Source: Bdellovibrionales bacterium
GTDB lineage: Bacteria > Bdellovibrionota > Bdellovibrionia > Bdellovibrionales > UBA1609
Assembly (NCBI GenBank): GCA_965219095.1
Contig: CBDCMT010000001.1
Coordinates: 640,001 to 704,000 of the forward strand
Direction of reading: 5' to 3'
Length of the DNA: 64,000 nt
The notes under the pieces were generated by a model. The model ran no database searches and was not told the DNA's origin. It was given only the letters and a program-made list of their open reading frames with translations. Numbering within the stretch: the stretch's first letter is position 1; each line of letters opens with the position of its first letter. Position numbers and translations under genes: made by a program. Of the stretch, positions 10,108-23,010 are shown piece by piece.

Positions 10108-12195
10108 ATGAGAATTTTTGCAGATACAGACCTTCAGTATGTAAAAGGAGTAGGACCTCGTCTTGCCGAGAGATTTTATAAAAAGAATCTTTATAAAGTT
10201 TCTGATCTCTTAACCTACTATCCTAGAATCTATATGGTACAAAAATCGGTCAATGCCATTTCTTCTTTAAAACAAGGACAAGATGTGTGTTTTCAAGCAA
10301 CTATTTTTAAAATACGCTCCCTTTCCCTAGGTCGTTCTCATCGTAAAGGTTATGAAGTGGTTCTTTCTGATAAAACAGGAAAGATTTCAGGATTTTTTTT
10401 CCATCTTCCTTATAGAGATTATTTTTCTTCTTTTGAACCTCATCAACAGGTGTGGGCTACAGGAAAGGTGGCTTTTTATAAGGGGAGGTTACAAATCCAT
10501 CATCCTTTGCTGGAAACAATTAAAAATAAAGAGCCTTTAGAGACTAAAGACAAAATTGTTGCTCTTTACACAGACATTGATGGTGTTTCTCAGGCTAAAT
10601 TTAGAAAAATTATAAAAACTGTTTTTGATAACCTTTATTTAGAAGATCATTTACCTTCTTGGCTAAGGGACAAATATCATCTTATGGATTTAAAGGAGGC
10701 TTTCCAAAAAGTTCATAGGCCTGAAAGTGAGGTTTTTGAGAAGATTTTAGAATTTCAAACTTCAGCTCAAAAAAGACTTATTTTTGATGAATTTTTTTGG
10801 ATGGAATTAAAAATGGCTTTGAAAAAAGGCCAAATAGTCCATCAAAAAGGGTTTCAACTTGAAAAAAAATATAATTTAACAAAAAAATTAGTAAAGAATT
10901 TAGATTTTACACTTACAGGTAGTCAGAAAAAAGTTTATCAAGATATTGTATCTGATTTCTGTAAGACAAGGCCTATGCATCGGTTGATTCAAGGAGATGT
11001 AGGTTCAGGAAAAACCATTGTGGCTTTTATGTCTTCACTTATGGTGAAAGAAAATGGCTTACAAACCTGTCTTATGGTACCTACTGAAGTTTTAGCTCAA
11101 CAACATTATGAAAAAGCCTGTGAACTTTTAAAGCCTTTAGGAGTAAATGTAGAGCTTCTTATAAGTCAATTAAAAGCAAGTGAGAAAAAGCAAGTTTATG
11201 AAGATTTGAGAGTAGGAAAGATTGATCTTTGTATAGGAACCCATGCTCTTTTGCAAGAGAATGTGGAGTTTCGCTCTCTTGGGCTTGTTATTATTGATGA
11301 ACAGCATCGGTTTGGTGTGAGTCAAAGAGGGATGTTATTAGAAAAAAATCAAAATGATAGGAAAAGTCATTTTCTGGTTATGACAGCGACTCCTATTCCT
11401 CGCACTCTTGCTATGACAGTATATGCGGACTTAGATATTTCTGTCCTTGATGAAAAACCTCATGGAAGAAAACCTGTTATCACAAAAAAATCTTTTTCAT
11501 CACAAAGGTATAAAGTCATAGATTTTTTAAAAATTCAACTAAAAAAAGGGCATCAAGCTTACGTAATTTATCCTTTGATTGAAGAAAGTGAAAAGGTGGA
11601 TTTGCGAAACGCTCAATGTGAGTACGAAAAATTAAAAGGTACTTTAAAGGGTTATTCTGCTGCCCTCTTGCATGGAAAAATGAAAACCAAAGAAAAAAAA
11701 GAACTTATGGAAGGTTTTCGTAAAAATAAGACACAAGTCCTTGTATCTACTACTGTCGTGGAAGTAGGTGTTGATGTTCCTAACGCTAATGTGATGATTG
11801 TGGAGCATGCAGAAAGATTTGGCCTATCTCAACTTCATCAGTTAAGGGGACGAGTGGGCAGAGGTAATAAACAAAGTTATTGCATTTTAATTTTAGGCCA
11901 TAGGTTGTCTAAGGAATCTCTTATGAGAGTTGAAGTTATGGAGCAGTATAGTGATGGTTTTAAAGTAGCAGAATATGACCTGAAACTTAGAGGCCCTGGA
12001 GAGTTTTTAGGCACAAAGCAATCAGGACTTACAGGTTTTAAAATGGCTAATTTTATAAGAGATCAGAAGTCCATAGAACTAGCAAAAAAAGCAGCCTTTG
12101 AGGTAATTTATAAGGATCCCCACTTCTTAGAACCACAGAACAAGAAGTTAAAGCAAGCTTTTGAAAAGAACGTAGAAGCCTTTGTTGCTGGTTAG
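10108..12195 (+). CDS. recG: ATP-dependent DNA helicase RecG
   Basis: RLIQGDVGSGKT, IIDEQHRFG, MTATPIPRTL, QLHQLRGRVGRG, DLKLRGPGE. Confidence 0.98.
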   Translation: MRIFADTDLQYVKGVGPRLAERFYKKNLYKVSDLLTYYPRIYMVQKSVNAISSLKQGQDVCFQATIFKIRSLSLGRSHRKGYEVVLSDKTGKISGFFFHLPYRDYFSSFEPHQQVWATGKVAFYKGRLQIHHPLLETIKNKEPLETKDKIVALYTDIDGVSQAKFRKIIKTVFDNLYLEDHLPSWLRDKYHLMDLKEAFQKVHRPESEVFEKILEFQTSAQKRLIFDEFFWMELKMALKKGQIVHQKGFQLEKKYNLTKKLVKNLDFTLTGSQKKVYQDIVSDFCKTRPMHRLIQGDVGSGKTIVAFMSSLMVKENGLQTCLMVPTEVLAQQHYEKACELLKPLGVNVELLISQLKASEKKQVYEDLRVGKIDLCIGTHALLQENVEFRSLGLVIIDEQHRFGVSQRGMLLEKNQNDRKSHFLVMTATPIPRTLAMTVYADLDISVLDEKPHGRKPVITKKSFSSQRYKVIDFLKIQLKKGHQAYVIYPLIEESEKVDLRNAQCEYEKLKGTLKGYSAALLHGKMKTKEKKELMEGFRKNKTQVLVSTTVVEVGVDVPNANVMIVEHAERFGLSQLHQLRGRVGRGNKQSYCILILGHRLSKESLMRVEVMEQYSDGFKVAEYDLKLRGPGEFLGTKQSGLTGFKMANFIRDQKSIELAKKAAFEVIYKDPHFLEPQNKKLKQAFEKNVEAFVAG

Positions 12196-12452
12196 AAATT
12201 TTTCAACTTAAAGCTATTGATACTAACATATAAAATACCCTAATGAAATCCATGTTATTTTTTTCATTATGGACTCTTGACTCTTTTTTATGAACTAACT
12301 CCACAGTCTCTTTAAGAGTTTTTTTGAGATTTGTAGTCCATTTGAATCCATTGCTTTCTTCTATAAATTTAAGCTCTCTCCTGTCTTAAACAACCGAGAG
12401 ACTTAATCATGAGAGGGTTATTCTGTAACTGTTCACTTAAATTCTAGTAATT

Positions 12453-13871
12453 TTAATGTTTAGAGAGGTATTCAGTAGCCATGTCAACGAAGGATAGATT
12501 CTGTTTTTTGGCCGTTCGAGCGACACTCATCATAACCTCTTGGTTATGTGCTCCCTGTTCTGAGCGATTGCAATAAGAGATTTTTCTCATAAGTACAGCA
12601 GGCCTAATTTCCCTCTCTCCATAATTGTTAGTGGGGTCTACTCCAGTCTTAATGAAAGTATAAATTTCATCTCGATATTTGACCAAACGTTTACAAAGCC
12701 TTTGTAAGTCATGGCTTCTGTATTTTTTTGATACCCATTTTCCTGTATCATGCATAAGCAGTTTGTATTTTCGATCGATATTCTCTTTACTTTCATATTC
12801 ATTTTGCAACCTTTTTCCCCTCTTGAAAAAAAGTTTGGCTCTCTTAGAAAACTGAGCAATTTCTTTGCTTCTAGGATGTTTTTCTTTTAGCCCATGAAGC
12901 TCCCTTAAAAGATGGGGCCAACATTTTTGCTTTTGACAGTCAATCTTGTTATAGGCAGCATAAAAATCTGAAACTAAAACTCCACGAAAAACTTCTCCAA
13001 GAACATTTTTAACCACATCTTGCGAACGAGTTTGATCAATCTTATAAAATGACACATCATCATTTGAAAAACTCCAGAGCCAATGACTGTTCCCATTCAC
13101 TCTCCATCCTGTCTCATCAGCATGCAAATGCCCCTGCTCCGATAACACGGACTTGATATCCTCGTAAGCCCCCTCAAACTTCCTTGCCGTACGACTTATA
13201 ATCTCTGACAAAACACCACGACTGATTTCCATACCATATTGATCAGACAAAAGATTTTTTATTTTACCAAAACTTAAACCCAACTCATATTTCCAATAAC
13301 ACACTTGAGCATGAAACTTAAGACCATAAAGACTCGCTCCCAACTTATCACTCACAGAAACCTCCTTGTTACAACAACTGCACCAACTCCAGCCTACAAT
13401 GTGTTTCGTGGTGATGACTTGACTTACAGGTGGTAAATCCACCTGATAGTGAACATGCCACTTATGAGAGGGAGGAAGATCAGAGTCACATTTACTACAA
13501 ACCAGTGGAGTCCAAGTGGTCTCCTGATCCGCTTCCTCAGGCCTTTTTCTTCGATGAACTTTATGACCCTTTTTAGGACCCTTCTTTTTTCCTTTTTTAA
13601 GGCTTCCATCTGGATTTTTATTCTTGTTCTTTTTGGCCCACTTAGGAAGCTTGCGTATTGATTGAAGCTCCTCTTTTAGCTTCTCATTTTCTTTTTTAAA
13701 ATGTTCATTATCTTTTTTTAAACGCTTGCGCTCTTCTTCTAAATGCTTGTAATCTTCTTCTAAATGCTCACGCTCTTCTTCTAAATGCTTGTAATCTTCT
13801 TCTAAATGCTCACGCTCTTCTTCTAAATGCTGTAATCTTCTTCTAAATGCTTGTAATCTTTTTCTAAACAT
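12453..13871 (-). CDS. IS66-B transposase; probable 1-bp deletion in its N-terminal repeat
   Basis: LHADETGW, LVSDFY, QKCWPHLLREL, PTNNYGEREIRP. Confidence 0.88.
   Translation of the reverse strand: MFRKRLQAFRRRLQHLEEEREHLEEDYKHLEEEREHLEEDYKHLEEERKRLKKDNEHFKKENEKLKEELQSIRKLPKWAKKNKNKNPDGSLKKGKKKGPKKGHKVHRRKRPEEADQETTWTPLVCSKCDSDLPPSHKWHVHYQVDLPPVSQVITTKHIVGWSWCSCCNKEVSVSDKLGASLYGLKFHAQVCYWKYELGLSFGKIKNLLSDQYGMEISRGVLSEIISRTARKFEGAYEDIKSVLSEQGHLHADETGWRVNGNSHWLWSFSNDDVSFYKIDQTRSQDVVKNVLGEVFRGVLVSDFYAAYNKIDCQKQKCWPHLLRELHGLKEKHPRSKEIAQFSKRAKLFFKRGKRLQNEYESKENIDRKYKLLMHDTGKWVSKKYRSHDLQRLCKRLVKYRDEIYTFIKTGVDPTNNYGEREIRPAVLMRKISYCNRSEQGAHNQEVMMSVARTAKKQNLSFVDMATEYLSKH
13733..13870 (-). repeat. 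21-bp tandem repeat (about 6.5 units) encoding heptads HLEEDYK/HLEEERE
   Basis: CTTCTTCTAAATGC core alternating with TTGTAAT or TCACGCT; one unit is 20 bp. Confidence 0.92.
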
Positions 13872-13902
13872 TTTATTTCTTTTTGTGCTTTCTTAAGCAC
13901 TA

Positions 13903-14052
13903 TATAGTCCTTTCCGTTTAAGTTTTTAGAATCTAAAGGAAGAATTATCATATGAAACTATTTTTTAAAACAAATGACGATTTATCAATACTTTTGAATA
14001 AAAACTAGACCCTAACTCAAAAAATCTGAAAATCTAAACGAAAAACATCATA
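13903..14052. mobile_element. ~150-bp diverged IS630-B-derived MITE in the IS66-B leader
   Basis: End TAGTCCTTTCCGTTTAAG resembles the IS630-B IR; interior resembles the IS630-B 5' UTR; inverted copy at ~25788-25936. Confidence 0.7.
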
Positions 14053-14122
14053 TAGTGCTTCCGTTTAGGTTTTCATGTTTTTTCTCTAAAGAATCGACCG
14101 GAAAATCTAAGCGTATTCACTA
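14053..14122. mobile_element. 70-bp IS630-type mini element with TA duplication
   Basis: TAGTGCTTCCGTTTAGGTTTTC...GAAAATCTAAGCGTATTCACTA flanked by TA; empty site in the copy at 25781-25800. Confidence 0.88.
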
Positions 14123-14192
14123 TATAACATTATAGGCATAGGAGCTTTTAGTGAAATTTCAACAATTTACTAGAATTTTTCTGAACAGTTAC

Positions 14193-14996
14193 GTTATTCT
14201 TTGTTGTTCTAGGAACATAGGATTTTTTCTGACGGGCACTGAGATTCTTTAGTTTCATAATTCGAGCTACTTTGTTTTCTCCAGCACTCACTCCGCAACG
14301 CTTTAATTCCCTATACACCCTGGGGGAACCATAACAGCCTTTATTTTTTTTAAAAATAGATTCTATGTTTTTCTCCAGATTTTTATCCTTTTCAAGCTTT
14401 CCCCTGGTTTTTAAAAAACTATAAAAACCAGAACGAGATCCTCTTAATAATTCGCAAATGCAAAGCACTGGATGCCCTTTCTCTTTTACATAAAACATAG
14501 CCTTAAATCTCATTTCAGGATTTCCTTTGAAAAAAAAGCCGCTGCCTCTTTCAATATACCTACACTCCGCCTCTCATAGACCAGCTCCTTTTTTAACCTC
14601 TTTATTTCCTCCAATGCCGAAGCCAAGTCATGGGAAGCTTGTCTTTCTACTTCAGGCTTTAGAAAACGCTTCCAAGAGCTTATCACTTGGAAATTTCTCA
14701 GTCCTAGCTTCTCTGAGGCTTCCTTTGCACCTATTTCCTCTGCCAATTGTAACTCGGTTTTTAAACCTCTCCTAACTTATACTGACTACACTTCTTTCAA
14801 AAAACCCTTTTAAAATCTAAGAAACATCCTCCCCACAGAAGTCAAGGGCTGTTAAGAAACCGACTTACTGCCAATTCAATGGCTTGCTTTTTAAACTCTT
14901 CCGAGTACTGTTTTACTTTTTCCATTCTTTCTTTTACCTCCATTTTATGGAGACTTTAAGAGAAAATTGACTGTCCGCAGAAACAGGGGAAGTTCA
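14193..14996 (-). mobile_element. IS3-family remnant: interrupted orfA, truncated orfB
   Basis: Left IR TGAACTTCCCCTG at 14996; YSEEFKKQAI, ILKEAAAFFS, YGSPRVYREL. Confidence 0.88.
14749..14868. mobile_element. 120-bp IS66-type MITE inside IS3 orfA
   Basis: IR GTAACTCGGTT / AACCGACTTAC; 8-bp TSD TGCCAATT; empty allele at 43321-43340. Confidence 0.92.
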
Positions 14997-15519
14997 ATCT
15001 TTTTACGCTTCTCAAGGCTTTTTACCTCTGCTGTCTTTAAAAACATCCCACACTGAGAACACTCTGAGGGAGAGACAGTCTCCTCACTGTTTGTATCTTT
15101 ACTGTTATCAAGTCTAGAGCCCTTTTTTTGACTCCCACTAGCTTTCTTATTACGATTCCCTTGACGACTAAAATCTTGCGAAGGAGGAAGACCGCTGTTG
15201 CTGGAATTTTTTCGAACCTGTTTTTCTAAAAGCACAACAATCAGAATGTTCACAACCTTAAAGAGAGATTCAAAAACCACAGAAATCTCAGTAGGCACAG
15301 AACCTTTCTTTGCAAGCTTATCAAAGTCACTTCTTATATTTTCAATCTCATTTCTGATGGAGGTCTTATTTATTGTCATTTGAAAAAAGTATTTAAAAGA
15401 AAATCTGTAAGAGCAAGACTTTTATCTTAAAACAGGTCTAAAGTTAGGGATAACTGAACAATGTAGGTGAGCAGTTACCATTTTTCTACATAGCAATAAG
15501 CCCCCAATAAATATTCACA

Positions 15520-16049
15520 AATAAAGACGGCTGTCTGTAGGAAAAGCTACTGCTTTTTCTTGAACAGTTGTATCAACAACTACATTCTCAAACTCTTTTT
15601 TTTTACAAAACCCTCTCTCAAAGCTAAATCAATGGTTTCCTCTAAGAGAACTTCTATCTTCTAAGCCCCCATCCTTTTTCTCCAGTTAGTCAATGAACTT
15701 CTATCACAGGGATCTTCATAAGAATAAAAAGGCTGACCACAAAAATACTGTCATTGAGGACTCTCTTTGAACATTTCTATTGTCTTCTCGTCACTTAAAT
15801 TATAAATGTATTTCAAGCACTGAAGTCCCACCATTAAACGAGTTGAAAGACCTGGACGACCTTTTTTCTCATCATAAATCAAGGGGGCTTCTCTTCTGTG
15901 TGGCGAACATATCTTTTGGCCTCATCTTTTTTCCTTTCTGTTTTGCAAGGTTTTTTATCTGTTTTTCCATTTCCTTGCAATTATTTTTATGAAAAAATTA
16001 CAAAAAAACAAGTGTTTTTAGCTGTTTGTACATTTTTCACATTCGACTA
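15520..16049 (-). pseudogene. IS5-family transposase N-terminal pseudogene with left end
   Basis: Minus-strand GRPGLSTRLMVGLQCLKYIYNLSDE..QYFCG..DRSSLTNWRKRMG..VVDTTVQEKAVAFPTDSRL with stops; terminus TAGTCGAATGTGAAAAATG. Confidence 0.85.
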
Positions 16050-16294
16050 CATACAGTTTTGACGGGCCTTTTTTTAATAATTCATCTCAAAATGATTCTA
16101 AATGATTTGAGAATTTTTTTCCTTTTCAAATCAAATTAAATTGAATTTGAGGTGTTTATTTAACAAAGCCGTTGACGCTACTTTATATTGAAGAATGCCG
16201 TTTATATCATTCGTTTATACCATTGAAATTGTCTTGATTAAGCTTTTACTTTGGTATATGAAAGGAACATAGTATTAAGCGGAGGGAGATTGTT

Positions 16295-18857
16295 GTGTTT
16301 AGATCATTAATAAGAGTATTTTTTCTTATACCTTTTTTCTTTTCTTCAACCTATGGAAGAACTACTTCAATCGGTGAAATTAGTGAGAAGCTTGATTTTA
16401 GTTTCTATATAAATAACTATTTTGAGATTCCAATTGATACATTTAATAATCAATCTTATGATAAAAAATTTTATCATAATGATAAATATGGTCAATTGCT
16501 TTCTGATAACTATATAAGGGATACAAAAAATAAATTTTTACAAGAAGTGAGTTACGAAACGGAAAGAAAAAAAATAAAGTTAGTCCAGTTTTTATTTGAA
16601 CAGTGGAGATATGTTGAAACCTATAAAGTTTTTCGAACAGCCTATCTTATGGTAAATTTTTTAAGAACCTTTCAGTACTTAGATAGTAGCCAAAATGACG
16701 AACTTTTAAACAAGTTTGATTCTCTCGCTCCTTCAAATTTGCTTGTAAAATACCCTTTTTTAGAAAGATTGAAATTTTCCATACAATCTGAGATAAAAAA
16801 GAAAAGAACCAAAGAATTTATAGGTGATAACTTAGACAGAAAAGCAGGACAGATTGCTACCTATTATCTTCTTCTACGTTTAATAGAAGCAAAAAAAAAT
16901 TTTTTAAAGGAACGGTTTCCAGAAGATAGCCATCACTATGCGAATCAGATGTCAGAGCTTTTATTGTCAGAAGCTTATTTGAAACAGAGTGCTCCCATAC
17001 TCTTCACAGATACACTTCAAAATAAAGTAGAGCCTTATTATAAAAAAGAGTTAGATGACCTTTATAATTTCACAAAAAAACAGATTTATGAAATTTCAGA
17101 AAAAATAGCAGATATGCATACAAAAAAAAATGTTGAAAACTTACCAAAAGATGAAGATGAAGATGAGGGTATCTTCAATCGTCTTTTAAGTTCTGAAAAG
17201 CTTCAAAATATCATGGAAGCTCAAGAACTTAAGAAAGTTTTATCCAGTCGTATAATTGTCCAATTTACCAATCGTATTAGAAAAGCTCTCCCAGAAGCTT
17301 ATGAAGAGATTTTGAATTATCAGGAAGAAGTATTTGAAAGCAATAAAGAGATGATAGCATTTGATTTTATTCCCACTATTTCAAAGTTGATCTTTGAAAC
17401 AGAAGCTCTCCACACAGAAGAAATTGAAAAGCTGAAAAGAATTTCTTTGGAAGAACCTATTCGTCTTCAAATTGTAAGAGATTATCCTGAACTTAGAAAA
17501 ATTGATAGTTTTATTACGAATAAAAATTGGAGATTTTCTCAAGATGAAAAGTATTCAAATTTTCTTTACCTTGTAGGGGCTTTTGGATTGTCTATAGGGT
17601 TTGCCGGAAAAAAAATAGCAAAAAGATTTTTTGACTGGGTCAATCCCATAGTCTTAAGTAGTTTAAGAGGAGCTTTGTTTTTAGGGGTTGCGGGCTTTAG
17701 TTATCAATTTGCCTATCAGTCTTTTTATAAATCTTATTTGGATTATAAAAGAAATATGGATTTAGCACGTTCATCTGTTGATCAAAGAGGCCTTCTCACT
17801 ATTATGGAAGCAGAGTCAAAGGGCTTTTATGAAAATCTCATTATAGCTACAGTTCTTTCATCAATCCAACTTATTATATTAGCAACTATGGCAAGATCCT
17901 TGAACTTTCCTTTTCTCTCCTTTATGAGAACTTCTCAAAGTCAAACAGCTATACCCAAACAGCATAAGATAAAAGAGTATTTTAAAAAGTTAAGTCGTGA
18001 ATTGAAGCAAACCTTTTTTGGTCAAAAAAAGGGGAGCTATATTTTTAATTCTTATAAAATACCTCCTTCTTCTGTAAAAAATTTTCAAAGGATGAAGGTT
18101 ACACAAACACATAAAATTCAAGAGTTTTTTATTAAAATGATGGATGTCTATATGAAACCTGTTTTAAAAATTCCTTTAGCTTTTACAGGTTCTATTTACT
18201 ATAAAACTTTGGGCAGAAATCTTTTTAAAGAAAAGCTCTTTTATGCTTTTTTTATGGGAATGGTTTTTATTTTAATGTCCTCAGTTCAATCCTCTATGGT
18301 AACTCCTATTTATAGAAAAGTTTTTGATATTCTAGAATACATAGGAGTGGATGTTCCTCCTTACATTAAAAAACAGCTTGTAAATGTTTTTAATGACATA
18401 GAGAGAATGGCCTTTACAAATGCAGCAGTTTATTTAACACAGGATCGTGTTAATATAGGCCATGAATTACGTAGTATAGATGAGAAAAGAAAACAGCTTG
18501 AAGATTCAAATCTTACTGATGATCAAAAGCATATTTTAAGAGAGAAAATAGCAAAGAGTGAAACAAGCATACAATCCATTCTTAAAGTCCGTATTTATTT
18601 TTGGGTTAATTATAGGGAATATCGTAATGATCTTGAAAGATTTTTTGAAGCACATGGTTTTAAATTGAGTTTTTCTCCTTCAAAGGATAATTATGATACC
18701 ATTCAGCTTATCTATAGTCCTAAAGGTTATGATTCTTATAATGTGTCTTTAAAAAAGGAAGAAGCTGAAGTTGTGGATTTAACAGGGGAGAGTAGTGGAG
18801 AATTAGATGTTGTGAGTATGGGAGGTGTGACGTTGGAAGAACTTTTAGGGGAATTTT

Positions 18858-18886
<29 letters not shown>
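16295..18886 (+). CDS. Large hypothetical exported/membrane protein (863 aa)
   Basis: Long ORF with RBS GGAGGG, signal-peptide-like N-terminus, about four hydrophobic segments; no recognised family. Confidence 0.8.
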
Positions 18887-21254
<2,368 letters not shown>

Positions 21255-22403
21255 TTACTTCCCTTTTTCTAAAGTTTTTGAAACTTTCTGTAAACTTTCG
21301 TTTAAATTGTATATTTTATAACCTTCTTCTTCAAGACTTTCACCTAAAGCTTTTAGGGTTTTAAAAGTTATATCTTTTGTTACATGTCCCATATGACCGA
21401 TGCGTATAATCTTTTCTCTTAAATGACTTTGTCCACCTGCTACTGTAATGCGGTATTTTTTTTCCATTATATCTTTAACTTTTTGTCCACTAACACCTTT
21501 AGGCATTATAAGAGCTGAAACAGAAGGGGAGGGAGTTTCGGCTAAGGGTTTAAGACCAACACTTTTAGCCCATTCGATTGTGACGGAACTTAAAAGTTTT
21601 GTGTAATTGATTTTTTTCTTGAGATCTGATGATGTTTTAAAATCCTTTAAAGATTCCTTAAGAGCTAAAATGAGAGAAACAGAAGGACTAAAAGCTGTTT
21701 GAAAATTATCATTGGCTTTTTTTTCAGCCTTTAAATCAAAATAGTATTTAGGAAGACGACTTTGTTCTAAAAATTGAAAGGCCAAGGAAGATAGAGAAAG
21801 AAAGCTTAAACCTGCAGGTAATTGAAATCCTTTTTGAGAGCTTGCTAAAACCACATCTAAATTCCAATCGTCAGTAAGAATTTCTGTGGCTGTAAGGGCA
21901 GTGCTTGCATCAACACTTATAAGGATTTCAGAATTAAAGTCTTTTATGGTTTTTGCAAGGTGTTTTACATCATGTAAAACACCTGTACTTGTCTCACAAG
22001 CTTGAAAGAAAACGGCTTTTATTTTTTTCTTGTTTTTGAGGGCTTTTTTAAGGGCCTTTAAATTAACAACCTTTCCCCATTCAACAGAAAGAGTGTGGAC
22101 TTGAAGCCCAAAAACTCGACCTATATCCCTCCAACGTTCTCCAAATTTTCCAGAACAAATTACCAGAACTTCATCATAAGCGTTTAAAGTGTTAATGATG
22201 CTTGCCTCCATAGCTCCTGTGCCAGAGCTTAAAATAATGAAAACATGATTTCTTGTTTGGAAAGGAATTTTAAGCCCCTCTAGAACGGATTGAAAAAGGG
22301 ATTTAAAAGCTTGACTTCTATGATGCAGATGGCCTGAACTGATAAGAGCTTTTTGTATGTTTTTCGAAATGGGTACAGGACCTGGAGTTACAAGCTGATC
22401 CAC
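21255..22403 (-). CDS. Class V PLP aminotransferase (alanine/serine-glyoxylate type)
   Basis: TPGP, SSGTGAME, CETSTGV, SSQKG (PLP lysine), IRIGHMG. Confidence 0.92.
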   Translation of the reverse strand: MDQLVTPGPVPISKNIQKALISSGHLHHRSQAFKSLFQSVLEGLKIPFQTRNHVFIILSSGTGAMEASIINTLNAYDEVLVICSGKFGERWRDIGRVFGLQVHTLSVEWGKVVNLKALKKALKNKKKIKAVFFQACETSTGVLHDVKHLAKTIKDFNSEILISVDASTALTATEILTDDWNLDVVLASSQKGFQLPAGLSFLSLSSLAFQFLEQSRLPKYYFDLKAEKKANDNFQTAFSPSVSLILALKESLKDFKTSSDLKKKINYTKLLSSVTIEWAKSVGLKPLAETPSPSVSALIMPKGVSGQKVKDIMEKKYRITVAGGQSHLREKIIRIGHMGHVTKDITFKTLKALGESLEEEGYKIYNLNESLQKVSKTLEKGK

Positions 22404-22440
22404 TTGAAAAACTTTAATTCTAAAGCTAACTTAAGTCAAT

Positions 22441-23010
22441 ATGCTTAAACTTTATTTTTGGCTTTTTATTAGTATTTTTCTGTATGGTTGTGCTTCTTAT
22501 CAATGGGGTTTTCACAATTACAGTCTTCCTGAAGGCTATCGCAAAGTGTCAGTTCCTTTGATGCAGAATAAAACTTATGAAACAGGAGCGGAGGTTTACT
22601 TTACTCAAGCTTTAAGAAGAGCTTTAAATCACATCTCTCAGTCTGTAAAAGTAACTTCCCATGGATCGGTGATTTTAAAAGGTGTTATCGAAGATATAAA
22701 GGTGTTTCCTACAGTCCAAGCCAAAGGAGCCACAGAGGAACTCTTTCGTCTCCCTCAAAACGCAACCCTTAACACTCGTTATAAGGTTGTTGTCAAAGTG
22801 AATTTAAAGCTCATAAAAAGTAATGATAAAAGTGTGATCTGGGAAAAAAATTTCCAAGGAGAAGAGTTGTACTCAGCTCCTAGATTGGAATCTCCTGTGA
22901 TCAATTCAGCTAACGCTCTCTACAACCTCAACGCACGACATAGAACTTTAAAGATTCTTGCAAAAATTATAGCACAAGATGTACAAAGTAAATTGTTTGG
23001 GGATTTTTAA
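22441..23010 (+). CDS. lptE: LptE-family LPS assembly lipoprotein
   Basis: Lipobox LYGC followed by a YxxG-type motif; NKTYETGAE; conserved position before holA. Confidence 0.75.
   Translation: MLKLYFWLFISIFLYGCASYQWGFHNYSLPEGYRKVSVPLMQNKTYETGAEVYFTQALRRALNHISQSVKVTSHGSVILKGVIEDIKVFPTVQAKGATEELFRLPQNATLNTRYKVVVKVNLKLIKSNDKSVIWEKNFQGEELYSAPRLESPVINSANALYNLNARHRTLKILAKIIAQDVQSKLFGDF

Larger units (their letters stand above)
12425..14192 (-). mobile_element. IS66-family element type B inserted into IS3 orfB
   Basis: IR GTAACTGTTCA at both ends; 8-bp TSD GTTATTCT. Confidence 0.93.
12273..15478 (-). mobile_element. Degraded IS66-A hosting nested IS3, IS66-B and mini elements
   Basis: 14997-15478 equals the IS66-A left end and 5' tnp; 12273-12380 matches internal 8563-8670. 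Confidence 0.8.

Noticed and set aside
13733..13870. Repeat-spacer-like pattern suggesting CRISPR
   Set aside because: Only two alternating 7-bp inter-core sequences, 21-bp period, inside a transposase ORF; no cas genes.
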